Shown piece after piece: positions 40,349 through 49,996 of a stretch of 64,000 nucleotides of DNA. The position numbers and the translations under genes were made by a program. Position 1 is the first letter of the stretch, and each line of letters begins with the position of its first letter. The stretch comes from Nanobdellota archaeon (GTDB lineage: Archaea; Nanobdellota; Nanobdellia; Woesearchaeales; UBA11576): NCBI GenBank assembly GCA_042576705.1, contig JBHPEY010000003.1:3438-67437 (forward strand). Direction: 5' to 3'. A model generated the notes under the pieces. That model saw only the letters and a program-made list of their open reading frames with translations, was not told where the DNA came from and ran no database searches.

Positions 40349-40774
40349 ATGGCAGAAGATATGGACAAGAAACAGAAGGAGCTGCAGAAGAAATATCTGG
40401 AATACCAGATGATGGAGCAGCAGATAAAACAGCTCCAGCAGCAGCTCGAGAAGATGGAAGCACAGACGATGGAGATATCCACTGTTGACCAGAGCCTGGA
40501 GGACATCTCAAAGGCAAAAGCCGGTGATGAGGTGCTCGTGCCAGTGTCGGGAGGGATATTCTTCCGGACAACGATCAAGGAGACCGGCCAGTTCCTGGTG
40601 AATGTCGGCAGCGGCGTTGTCGTGGACAAGAACATCGACGGCACAAGGCAGCTCGTGCAGGGCCAGGCAATAGAGATAGACAAGTACAAGGAACAGGTCA
40701 TGCAGCAGCTTGCGCTTACACTTGCTAAGTACCAAGAGATGGAAAACGAACTCAAGAAACTTATTGAAGGATAA
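40349..40774 (+). CDS. pfdA: prefoldin alpha subunit
   Basis: Coiled coil, double beta-hairpin (VLVPVSGGIFFRTTIKETGQFLVNVGSGVVV), coiled coil. Confidence 0.7.
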   Translation: MAEDMDKKQKELQKKYLEYQMMEQQIKQLQQQLEKMEAQTMEISTVDQSLEDISKAKAGDEVLVPVSGGIFFRTTIKETGQFLVNVGSGVVVDKNIDGTRQLVQGQAIEIDKYKEQVMQQLALTLAKYQEMENELKKLIEG

Positions 40775-40775
40775 A

Positions 40776-42749
40776 ATGTTCAAGTTCTTAAAAGAGAAAC
40801 TGAAGAAGGCTGTATCTAAATTCTCCAGGGATGTAGAGGAAGAGGCAGAGGACATAGAGGCTCCTGTCGAGGCACTGGAAGAGGTGCCTGAGGACAAGCC
40901 TAAGCCTAAGAAGAAACCTGAGGCTGAGAAGCCTGAGGAGGATAAGGTTGAGGAAGAGGTGGAGCCTGAGGAGATAGAGGCACCTGTAGACGAGAAAGAG
41001 GAAGAGAAGGAAGAGGTTGAAGAGCCTGAGGAGAAAGAAGAGGTTGAGGAAGAGCCTGAGGCTGAAGAGGAGAAGGAAGAGACACCTGTTCTTGAACTAC
41101 CTGAGGAAGAGCTGAGCCCTGCGCTGGTCGGGCTCAAGGAGACACTTGATGCTTATTCTGACGAGGATATCGATTCATTGATGAACATACTTGGTTTTGA
41201 TGTTGATGCAAAAGGTAAGGCACGCGACGACAAGATCAATGACATACTTTCTAAACCTATCTTTGAGGTCAGTTCTGCCTTTGACAAGCTGGAGTCGATC
41301 CTGGCTGATCCAGAGGGAAAGGAAGAGCCTGAGGTTGTCGAGGAGCCTGAGGAGCCTGAGGAGCCTGAGCCTGAGGAGCCTGTCGAGGATACCAGCATCA
41401 AGGAGACAAAGGAAGAGCAGGCCATCAAGGAGCAGGACGAGGAACTCGAGGATCTCGACGAGAAGAAGGAAGAGGTCGAGGAGGATCTTGAGGAGGAGGA
41501 CAAGGAGATCGGCCCGCCTGAGGAGTATGAAGAACCTGAGGAGAAAGAAGAGAAGAAAGGCGGGTTCCTGAAGAAGATATTCGGCTTCGGAAAGAAGAAA
41601 GAGGAAGAGCCTGAAGAGAAAGAAGAGGTTGAGGAAGAGCCTGAGCCTGAGGAGACCGTCGAGGAGATAGAGGAAGAAGGCAGAGAGGACGAGGCAAAAG
41701 AAGAGGCTGAAGAAGAGAAAGAGGAAGAGGTCCTTGAAGAGGTCGAGAGAGAAGAGAAGGAACTTGAAGAGCCTGAGGAGAAGGAAGAGGTTGAGGAAGG
41801 GCCTGAAGAGGTTGAAGAGCCTGAGGAGAAAGAAGAGGTCGAGGAAGAGCCTGAGGATAAGAAAGGATTCTTCGGAAGGCTGAAGGAAGGGTTCGGGCTC
41901 AAGAAGCTATCAGAATCAAAATTCGAGGACATATTCTTCGAGCTTGAGATCGCGCTGCTGGAGAACAACGTGGCAGTCGAGGTCATCGAGAAGATCAAGG
42001 CAGACCTCAAGGAGAGGCTCGTCGACAAGAAGATCAAGCGGTCAGAGATTGAGGAGATAGTCCTGGACTCGCTGGTCAAGAGCCTTGACCAGATACTCAG
42101 CATAGAGCAGGTTGATGTGCTTGATAGGATTAAGAAGAAAGAAGGGGACAGGCCTTTTGTGATCACGTTTGTCGGCATCAACGGCTCCGGCAAGACCACT
42201 ACTATAGCCAAGATGGCAAAGTATTTCATGGACAATGACCTTAAGACCGTGCTTGTCGCTTCAGACACGTTCAGGGCAGCGGCGATACAGCAGCTTGAGG
42301 AGCATGCCAACAATCTCGGGGTCAAGGTGATAAAGCATGATTATGGAAGCGATCCTGCAGCAGTCGCTTTTGATGGCATCAAGTATGCAGAGTCCAAGGG
42401 GATCGATGTCGTGCTGATTGATACTGCAGGACGTCTGCATTCCAACATCAATCTCATGGATGAGATGAAGAAGATAATGAGGATAGCTAACCCTGACATG
42501 AAGATATTTGTGGGTGAGTCTATCACCGGGAATGACTGCATCGAGCAGGCGCAGAAGTTCAATGATGCTGTTGATATCGATGGTATTGTGTTGTCTAAGG
42601 CTGATGTTGATGAGAAAGGAGGGGCGGCGCTTTCTGTGTCTTATGTGACTGGCAAGCCTATACTGTTCATCGGGACAGGACAGACGTATGACAGCCTGCA
42701 GAGGTTTGATAAAGGGGTTGTGCTGGAGAATCTTGGGCTTTCTGAGTGA
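40776..42749 (+). CDS. ftsY: signal-recognition-particle receptor FtsY with about 370-aa acidic Glu/Pro-rich repeat N-domain
   Basis: C-terminal NG domain GINGSGKTTT...DTAGR...; N-terminal (EEPEE/KEEVEE)n repeats. Confidence 0.9.
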   Translation: MFKFLKEKLKKAVSKFSRDVEEEAEDIEAPVEALEEVPEDKPKPKKKPEAEKPEEDKVEEEVEPEEIEAPVDEKEEEKEEVEEPEEKEEVEEEPEAEEEKEETPVLELPEEELSPALVGLKETLDAYSDEDIDSLMNILGFDVDAKGKARDDKINDILSKPIFEVSSAFDKLESILADPEGKEEPEVVEEPEEPEEPEPEEPVEDTSIKETKEEQAIKEQDEELEDLDEKKEEVEEDLEEEDKEIGPPEEYEEPEEKEEKKGGFLKKIFGFGKKKEEEPEEKEEVEEEPEPEETVEEIEEEGREDEAKEEAEEEKEEEVLEEVEREEKELEEPEEKEEVEEGPEEVEEPEEKEEVEEEPEDKKGFFGRLKEGFGLKKLSESKFEDIFFELEIALLENNVAVEVIEKIKADLKERLVDKKIKRSEIEEIVLDSLVKSLDQILSIEQVDVLDRIKKKEGDRPFVITFVGINGSGKTTTIAKMAKYFMDNDLKTVLVASDTFRAAAIQQLEEHANNLGVKVIKHDYGSDPAAVAFDGIKYAESKGIDVVLIDTAGRLHSNINLMDEMKKIMRIANPDMKIFVGESITGNDCIEQAQKFNDAVDIDGIVLSKADVDEKGGAALSVSYVTGKPILFIGTGQTYDSLQRFDKGVVLENLGLSE

Positions 42750-42919
42750 TTTTGAGAGGCACAGACGGTCTCAGCAGCAAAACTTTCATGGCGGCAACTG
42801 ACGCTAATCTGTCTAGAACAGCTCTCTAATGCCTTAGATTTGTATTCTATGCTATCAAAACCTTTAAATACGCTCAGGGGTTGTGTGTCGGGTATTAACC
42901 TTTAAAGGAGGATGGTCAT

Positions 42920-43279
42920 ATGGCTAAAAAGAAAAAGGCAGCAAAGGTTGCTCCTAAGTCGAGTTCCAAAGAGGTGGATGATGGAAAGGCATTCGCTTTC
43001 CTCGGCGTGTTCTTGGGAATAATCGGCTTCATCATTGTCCTGCTGGCAAAGAAGGACAATAAGTATGCGATGTTCTATGCAAAGCAGGGGCTTGTGTTGA
43101 CAATAGCGTGGGTGATCCTGTGGGTCATCGGTATCATTCCAGTGCTTGGTTGGATAATAAGCTTCCTTGGAAGTATACTGCTGTTGGTGCTCTGGATCAT
43201 CGGCTGGGTGTATGCTCTCGGCGGAACTGAAAAAGAAATACCATTAATTGGCCAATTCGCTGAAAAAATCAACATTTAA
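42920..43279 (+). CDS. DUF4870-like small membrane protein
   Basis: Lys-rich N-terminus, 3 TM, YAKQGLVL motif. Confidence 0.45.
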   Translation: MAKKKKAAKVAPKSSSKEVDDGKAFAFLGVFLGIIGFIIVLLAKKDNKYAMFYAKQGLVLTIAWVILWVIGIIPVLGWIISFLGSILLLVLWIIGWVYALGGTEKEIPLIGQFAEKINI

Positions 43280-43562
43280 GCGTTTTTTGTTAATTTTTTA
43301 TTCTTTAATTTTATATATGATGCTGACTTCTATACTTCTGGGAAGTATGTTGAGCTATGCTTCGAGGGCAGAATCCAGTTCTGACCCTGTTGTTTACTCT
43401 TAATCACTTCTCAGTGATTAAAACCGTAAATTTTATATATCTGAGGTCATTGTTTATGATAGTTTCAGGGAACAACAAGGGGAAGCAAAAGGGAGCGATT
43501 ATTGAGTCATACTGTTCTATGCAGTGACTGATGAGCTTGAAATAAGACCAATAGGTGGTAAG

Positions 43563-46500
43563 ATGTCTGAAGGAAATGATGATACAAAGGTTGTTTGGGA
43601 CCAGGAAGCTATCAAGAGATGGGCCTGGCGCGTGCGAGAGATGTGGGCACAGCATCTCGGATCTAAAAGACTTCCTGATTCTGCTCTACCTGAAGCAGTG
43701 CTGAAGCATGCTTCAAAGATTGATTCTAAGGCCCCTTCGTGGAAACATGTACGTGCGGCTTATGGAGGCATAGCCCCTCTGGTACAAGCTGTTGAGGAGA
43801 AATACAACCGATGGAATGAAGACGAATGCGCTGTCTGGGGCTGGACGCTCAGGGAGCAGCTTTCCCAGGAGAGGGTGGCGAGAGGTGAAGAGACTTGTTC
43901 ACTTACAATCACAGATATTGTCAATGGCCTGCGGCAGGATGAGGATGCGCCTCTTCCTGAGACACTTGCCAGAGTGTATGGTAGTGATGTGCAAAGCATG
44001 ATCGATACTGTCGAACAGTTCTATGGATTGTCAAAAGGACGTAGTGCAGCACAGGCTGAAGAGGATGCGTTTGAGACAAAAGCTACTGCTGCTTTCGAAA
44101 GGCTCGACGAGGACAGAGATACAGATGTACTTGCAGACTCTCCTCCGGAAGAGAAGACACAACCGCTTTCTATGATTGCAAGCGCTATACAGGATCCTGA
44201 CGAGAGATACCAGGCTGCCAAGAGTGTCTGGAGAAAAGGCGGCAAGGTCATCGGTTCGGAACAGGAATTGGCCGAGCTTGAGATACATGATTCACTGCAG
44301 ACACCTGCAGAGGCGCATGATGAGAAAGTCGTCACTCTTGTAAATGATTTCATCTACTTACGGCAGCAGAGGGATGGGCCGCTCACTGAAGAGGATATTG
44401 AAACACACCTCGGTTCACTCAATGCATTCAATGCAGTATTCCACAGTCTCAACCGTGCTGAAGATGCTTACCAGATGGGTCAGAGGCACAGGGAACAGGT
44501 CACTGAAAGGAAGAGGATAATGGGGAGGGTACAGCTAGAAGAGCGAGAAGTACCGTCGGAACAGCCGAAACGGTTGAGAAAGATAAAGAACACACTGCAG
44601 GGAATGACTTCAGAGTATTCCTTTACATCCAGAGATCAGATACAGCATATACAGCAGGACTCGGCTGAAGGAGCAAAGGGGACCACGCTTGAGGGTGTGG
44701 GGCCGGAGCAGCAGTCAGAGTCACATCCAATACTTATGGGGATTGAACCTGAGCAAGCTCTTGCAAGACCAGAGCCTGGTGAGCTTGATGGTATTCCACA
44801 GACAGTCGTAGGCATGGGTCACGGAGAGCTGCGTGATATTCCAAAGACAACCCCTGGCTTTGGTGCAGAAAGCATAGAGGACGCGAATGACCTCAGAGTA
44901 TCAGGCGGGCCTAATCATGATGATGGGGCCTACAACACAAATCTCGCAAGTGCGCGGTCGATGAAGACTGCGGAGGATGTACGTGGGATCGCAAGGGAAC
45001 TTGGCTATACAGATGTTGAGGTCGGTGGTGAAGGCCCTGATGAATCTGAAGAGCATGAGGCCATAACGCACCCTGGCGGGAAGTTGCCAGGACTGGTGTC
45101 CGACGACGCTACAGAGGAACCTGCAGATGAAGATTATGAGTATACACCGGTCACCCTTCCGCAGGATGACCAGCCTGTCTTTGGCCAGTTTCAGGATGCA
45201 TTCCAGAAGCTGAGCGAAAAGGATCAGGAGGCTATCCTGGATGCTGCTTTGCAGAATGGCAAGGGTCATGCAGATGAGCCTACATTGGAAGACCAGATGC
45301 ATGAAGGGGATAATACAGAAGACATCACGGTCAAGAGACAGTATACTGCAGGTACATCTGAACCGGAATCTGTCGAACCTACAGGTCGTGTTGGTTCGGA
45401 AAGTGATGATACTGAGTTTGATGCCAACCCTGACACAAATGTGCCTTTTGAGCCGAGGCATGTACAGTCTTTTTTACAGCACTCTATCGATCAGATGAAG
45501 GAACACGCAGAACAAGGAGAGGGTCCCGAAGCGCAGGATGCATCACTTGATGCCCCGCAGAGTATGGGTACTGAAGTGGTTGGTGAGGAGCCTGTCACTG
45601 AACAGAGCGTGAACCGCAGGTTTGATCTCTCTGCGACTGGCCATACAGAAGAAGTTCCTTTTGACCAGCTTGCCCAGGCGAAACAGGGATATGCAGGCGA
45701 TATACCTGAGAGTGAGCTTGCAACAAAGAGTGATGTCATCTCTTCTGATCCTAGCGGTCCAACAGAGACCTCAGGCACCATCAACATATCAAAGCAATCC
45801 GCTGACCCTGGTGACAAGTCCATAGAGGCTAAGGTCGCGCAGGAACCCGCTGCAGAGAATGGCGGTGAGAGGGAGCGGAGCCCTACGCCCATGTCCGGGC
45901 AGGTATATGATCCTATGAAGCCTTCAGACACTGTGAAGCGGGCCATGCAGAGACAGATAGATGAGCTCAACAAGAGAGAGGCACAGGGGAAGACTGTCAA
46001 GAAAGAGAAGAAGTCCTGGAGCAGAAGCAAGAAGATGGTGGCAGCAGTCGCTGCTGGTGTCGGCGTCTTTGCTTTAGGCGGTGCAATCCTTTACTCTTCC
46101 TTCACGACACCTGACAAGGATATCTCCAACATGGTGGCTGCAAGCAATCAGTATGGAGTTATCGCTTCATTTGATGCTGGAACAAGAAGCATCGATGCTG
46201 CTGTTGACGCAATCGGTGCGGTTGCATATTCTAGTGATGCTGGAGAGGGAATGCAGACACCTGCAGTCGCTACAGCGTCTGCGGAAGAACCTGAGCCTAA
46301 GGTCGATAAGGCCGAGCCTAAAATACCGGGCATGCATCCGGAGAGGGCATGTAATCTCAGGCTTCAGATGGGATTTGATGATGTAAAGTATTCGAGTGCA
46401 AGTGCTGAGCAAGACCTTGAGGATTATGTCAGTTCCATGCTCAAGTCGGGCAAGAGGAAATTCAAGGTTTTTGGCACGGCAAGCATCGAGGATGCGAATG

Positions 46501-48335
46501 ACCTCAAGGTGTCAGGCGGGCCCCATCATGATGATGGAGACTACAACACCAAGCTCGCAGAGCAGCGGGCGATGAAGACTGTGGAGGACATACGCAGTAT
46601 CGCAAGGAACCTCGGCTATACAGACGTTGAGGTCGATGGTGAAGGCTGGTCAGAGAAGGATCTCTGGGCAAAGGGCAAAGATCCGCGAAGCCTTGCGCAG
46701 AACAGGGGTGTGTTTGTATCGACTGACTGGGTGCTGGATCCTGACCTTGAGGAAACTATCAGGGATGTGGTCGAGGACTATTCGTTCGGCGAGATGAACG
46801 GTGAGAGCTGTCCAGACGGAACAGGTGACGGCAGCAAAGGAAGCATGAACCAGCAGGATAATGCGCCTGATGATAATTTCATGCCTGATATTGATGATTC
46901 AGATGATGATTCATCTGACGGGACAGAGGCATATGCAGACAATTCAGATTCAATAGACCACCTTACAGGGATACAGAGGACTGTGGTGCATGACCGCATG
47001 GGCAAGTACCTCGATGGGGCAATCACCTGGTTTGAGCTGCGTGAAGATGTCGCGGAGTATGGAGTCCCGTATATTACAGGCGAAGAGGCATTGCAGGTCC
47101 ATGAGCTGCTCTCTGACGGAGTGGAAGCTACAGATAAGGTTGATTATGCTGTGCTCTCTTCGGGTTTCGTTGAGGGTGCCTGGTCAGATGAGGTGCTGAT
47201 GACCGAGGTTGCACCTGGCTATGCTTCAGAGAGGTTGGTCGGTAAGATACTGGAACAGGTGGAGAATCAGCAGTGTTCAAACGATACTGATGATGATGTC
47301 CTGTTCACACTCGACAAGTACGAGCAGCTGAAGACAGATAAAGCTCTCGCAGAAGCTGATGCTGATGATCCTGATGAGGAGATACCCAGCCTTCTGTATG
47401 AGGTCTCTGATGATACTGTGCTGTCTGCAGGGTTTGTTGATAATTCCCAGTCGGATCAAGAGGAAGCGATAATCGCTGAACTTCTGCCGGCCTATGCTGC
47501 AGATAAGTGCGTTGAAAACCTGAGGGCAGAGGCTGACAGCCAGCAGTCTTCAGATGCTGGTGATTCCGGCAAGGGGTCCGGCCTTTTGTATGTGGTTTCG
47601 GATGATACTGTGTTGTCTTCAGGGTTTATTGAGGATGCTCCGTCGGATGAAGAGTTGGTTGATGAGGTCCTGCCAGGGTATGCGCTACATAGGCGTGTTG
47701 AGAACAGAAGGCAGGATGAGAACCGCCGGGCTTCGGAAGTCATTGAGGATCTTACCAAAGACTTTGATGAGGCTAACCCTGATGCTTGTGCGACCCGGTC
47801 AGCGCTTTCCCTGCTCCAGTCCGAAGACACAGAACCAGATGATTACAATGTCGAGGGTAATGGCGATCCAGAGTATGACTCTGCCAAGGTAGCTGCTGAG
47901 GTCAAGGAAATGCAGAAGCAAGAGAAGGAAAGGGCACAGGATGTACTCGCCGATATCTTGTCAGATGTTGATAGAGAGTGTGCCAAGAGCGAGGCAGAGC
48001 GTGATTATATACCTCAGTATGGTGTTTTTGAGATAGATGCTCTCGGTGAGCTGCACTATGACTATGCAGAGTTCGAGGATGTCGACAGGATGGCAAGGAT
48101 CCATGGCATAGATAACTTCGGCAAGACAGTCCCCAAGCATGATTTCGCAAGATGGGCTACGATAGTTGAGCTCAGCAAGATGGATGATTGCGAGTGCGAT
48201 GAAGTGGGTGGGGCACTCTATGGGCTGAAAGAGATTGCGCAGAACCAGGATGTTGTTGCGCTTGAGAGGCCTGAGTCCAAGCCTAATCCTGAGCCAGAAG
48301 GCGCAGCACTTGAAGATTATCTCATGGCTGCATAA
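43563..48335 (+). CDS. giant acidic repeat protein (about 1,590 aa) with a single central TM helix
   Basis: Longest ORF in the window. One TM (MVAAVAAGVGVFALGGAILYSSF) near residue 840. Internal repeats on both sides of it (SIEDANDL[RK]VSGGP[NH]HDDG.YNT.LA...YTDVEV.GEG; three copies of TVLS[AS]GF[VI][ED]...). No recognisable catalytic domain. Confidence 0.6.
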   Translation: MSEGNDDTKVVWDQEAIKRWAWRVREMWAQHLGSKRLPDSALPEAVLKHASKIDSKAPSWKHVRAAYGGIAPLVQAVEEKYNRWNEDECAVWGWTLREQLSQERVARGEETCSLTITDIVNGLRQDEDAPLPETLARVYGSDVQSMIDTVEQFYGLSKGRSAAQAEEDAFETKATAAFERLDEDRDTDVLADSPPEEKTQPLSMIASAIQDPDERYQAAKSVWRKGGKVIGSEQELAELEIHDSLQTPAEAHDEKVVTLVNDFIYLRQQRDGPLTEEDIETHLGSLNAFNAVFHSLNRAEDAYQMGQRHREQVTERKRIMGRVQLEEREVPSEQPKRLRKIKNTLQGMTSEYSFTSRDQIQHIQQDSAEGAKGTTLEGVGPEQQSESHPILMGIEPEQALARPEPGELDGIPQTVVGMGHGELRDIPKTTPGFGAESIEDANDLRVSGGPNHDDGAYNTNLASARSMKTAEDVRGIARELGYTDVEVGGEGPDESEEHEAITHPGGKLPGLVSDDATEEPADEDYEYTPVTLPQDDQPVFGQFQDAFQKLSEKDQEAILDAALQNGKGHADEPTLEDQMHEGDNTEDITVKRQYTAGTSEPESVEPTGRVGSESDDTEFDANPDTNVPFEPRHVQSFLQHSIDQMKEHAEQGEGPEAQDASLDAPQSMGTEVVGEEPVTEQSVNRRFDLSATGHTEEVPFDQLAQAKQGYAGDIPESELATKSDVISSDPSGPTETSGTINISKQSADPGDKSIEAKVAQEPAAENGGERERSPTPMSGQVYDPMKPSDTVKRAMQRQIDELNKREAQGKTVKKEKKSWSRSKKMVAAVAAGVGVFALGGAILYSSFTTPDKDISNMVAASNQYGVIASFDAGTRSIDAAVDAIGAVAYSSDAGEGMQTPAVATASAEEPEPKVDKAEPKIPGMHPERACNLRLQMGFDDVKYSSASAEQDLEDYVSSMLKSGKRKFKVFGTASIEDANDLKVSGGPHHDDGDYNTKLAEQRAMKTVEDIRSIARNLGYTDVEVDGEGWSEKDLWAKGKDPRSLAQNRGVFVSTDWVLDPDLEETIRDVVEDYSFGEMNGESCPDGTGDGSKGSMNQQDNAPDDNFMPDIDDSDDDSSDGTEAYADNSDSIDHLTGIQRTVVHDRMGKYLDGAITWFELREDVAEYGVPYITGEEALQVHELLSDGVEATDKVDYAVLSSGFVEGAWSDEVLMTEVAPGYASERLVGKILEQVENQQCSNDTDDDVLFTLDKYEQLKTDKALAEADADDPDEEIPSLLYEVSDDTVLSAGFVDNSQSDQEEAIIAELLPAYAADKCVENLRAEADSQQSSDAGDSGKGSGLLYVVSDDTVLSSGFIEDAPSDEELVDEVLPGYALHRRVENRRQDENRRASEVIEDLTKDFDEANPDACATRSALSLLQSEDTEPDDYNVEGNGDPEYDSAKVAAEVKEMQKQEKERAQDVLADILSDVDRECAKSEAERDYIPQYGVFEIDALGELHYDYAEFEDVDRMARIHGIDNFGKTVPKHDFARWATIVELSKMDDCECDEVGGALYGLKEIAQNQDVVALERPESKPNPEPEGAALEDYLMAA

Positions 48336-48348
48336 TCATTTATTTTTC

Positions 48349-49014
48349 TTATTCAAATTCTATCTTTCCGTCGTGATAGACACCTTTATGCAGGTCTACA
48401 GGGCGCCAGGTGTCATGGACTAGCTTTGCGTCTAGCCATTCTGCGAGCTCGTCCTCATTCCCTATCGTCGCGCTGAGCCCTATGAACTGGACGTCTTTCA
48501 GGATCTGCTTAAGGATTGTTATGAGTATCTCCAGGGTGGGCCCCCTGCCAGGGTCATTCAGGAGGTGGATCTCGTCCACTATGACAACACTTATGTCCTT
48601 GAGCCAGGATGCATGGTGCCTTGTGAGTGAGTCTAATTTTTCTGAGGTTGTTATTATGAGGTCATAGGTGTGAAGATGCGGGTCAGATGCGTCTAGATCT
48701 CCTATCGACATGCCTATCTTGATGTGTTTTTCATATTTCTTCTTGAAATCTTTGTATTTCTCTGTGGCCAATGCCTTGAGAGGTACTATGTAGACGGCTT
48801 TTCCTTTCTGGTTGAGGATAGCGTTCATGAAGGCAAGTTCTGCTACCAGGGTCTTGCCGCTGGCTGTCGGGGTGCAGACGAGGAGGGATTTTCCTTCGAG
48901 AAGTCCGGTTTTTATTGATTTCTCCTGGCTGCGCCTGAGTTCGGATATGCCTGCGGTCTCAAGTGCTGTGTATAACTCTTCCGGAATCTTTTCTTTTATG
49001 TCGCTCAGTTGCAT
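48349..49014 (-). CDS. Ski2/Hel308-like helicase RecA1 domain only (truncated or split gene; pseudogene candidate)
   Basis: Motifs TPTASGKT (I), DEIH (II) and LSAT (III), then a stop after 221 aa abutting the 3' end of the giant gene. Confidence 0.65.
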   Translation of the reverse strand: MQLSDIKEKIPEELYTALETAGISELRRSQEKSIKTGLLEGKSLLVCTPTASGKTLVAELAFMNAILNQKGKAVYIVPLKALATEKYKDFKKKYEKHIKIGMSIGDLDASDPHLHTYDLIITTSEKLDSLTRHHASWLKDISVVIVDEIHLLNDPGRGPTLEILITILKQILKDVQFIGLSATIGNEDELAEWLDAKLVHDTWRPVDLHKGVYHDGKIEFE

Positions 49015-49101
49015 ACAGGGAAAAAAGTCAGTGGTGGTTAAATATATTGTGGTTGTCGTGCAAGAAAAGATTTATAAGCAGGGTGTAATTCTTTTTTTTG
49101 G

Positions 49102-49417
49102 CATGACATGCAAACCATCAGGCATATACCAGGATAAATTCGCCTGCTTCAGGTGCAGGAAGGTATTCAAGAAGGATCTCAATAGGGAATACTATCAGAA
49201 TATCCGTAAGCTCACCGGTTCTAACATAAAGAACAAGTGGGGCAAGATGAAACGATTCATGAGCGAGAACAAGCGTATCGAAACCACTTCCTGTCCTGGC
49301 TGCGGTGGAAAGATGACCATAGTGAGCACTGGATTCGAGGCTCCGAAAAAGAATGATGTGAAGGCCTGGAAAGATGCTGAGAAGATCTGCAGGTCTGGCG
49401 AGCCTTACAAACGCTGA
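49102..49417 (+). CDS. small zinc-ribbon protein
   Basis: FACFRCRK...CPGCGG. Confidence 0.35.
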
Positions 49418-49434
49418 ATAAGAATTATCTAGGA

Positions 49435-49920
49435 CTAACTGTTTCTGGCCCAGGGTGCTATCATCTCTTTCTCTTCGTACTGGTGGAAGCTGACCATGAG
49501 TCCGAGGCTCTTGTTTGTATTCTTGACACGCCTGACAGCAGATATCACGTCTTGTTCGGTCGGTCTTGCAGAGGTGCTATACATGCCGTCCTTATGTTCT
49601 ACATTGTTGTCTTCTGCCATCTGTACTGCCAGGGTCTCATATTCCGGCCCGTATTCTTCTATAGGTGTTCCCCTTACACGGATATCTGTCACAGAACTGT
49701 CGAACCAATAGTTGAACAGCACTTCAACACCGTCTGCTGAGAGCTGCGCTTCCCTGTAGAGCTCTTTGTTGTTTTTCCTGAATCTTGAGAACAATCCTTT
49801 TGGCTGATAACCGGGGGACTCCTGTGCCAGTGCAAGAAAATTGTCTGTGTCTATCTCACCTTCTGCCTTGAGAGCCCTTGCAAGGTCATCCAGTGTCATG
49901 TTTTCATCTATCAGTTCCAT
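49435..49920 (-). CDS. hypothetical protein
   Basis: ORF track only. Confidence 0.35.
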   Translation of the reverse strand: MELIDENMTLDDLARALKAEGEIDTDNFLALAQESPGYQPKGLFSRFRKNNKELYREAQLSADGVEVLFNYWFDSSVTDIRVRGTPIEEYGPEYETLAVQMAEDNNVEHKDGMYSTSARPTEQDVISAVRRVKNTNKSLGLMVSFHQYEEKEMIAPWARNS

Positions 49921-49996
49921 GGTGTATGAGAAGCAGGTATCACTTAAAAAGCTTGTGCACAGGAAGTTTACAGAAGATTATCTGACATGGTGCTGT

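Noticed and set aside
40508-42325. Long minus-strand ORFs (209 aa, 390 aa) rich in Ser/Ala opposite ftsY
   Set aside because: They are antisense read-through of the GAG/GAA-rich acidic repeat of ftsY and have no start context. FtsY on the plus strand has an unambiguous NG domain.
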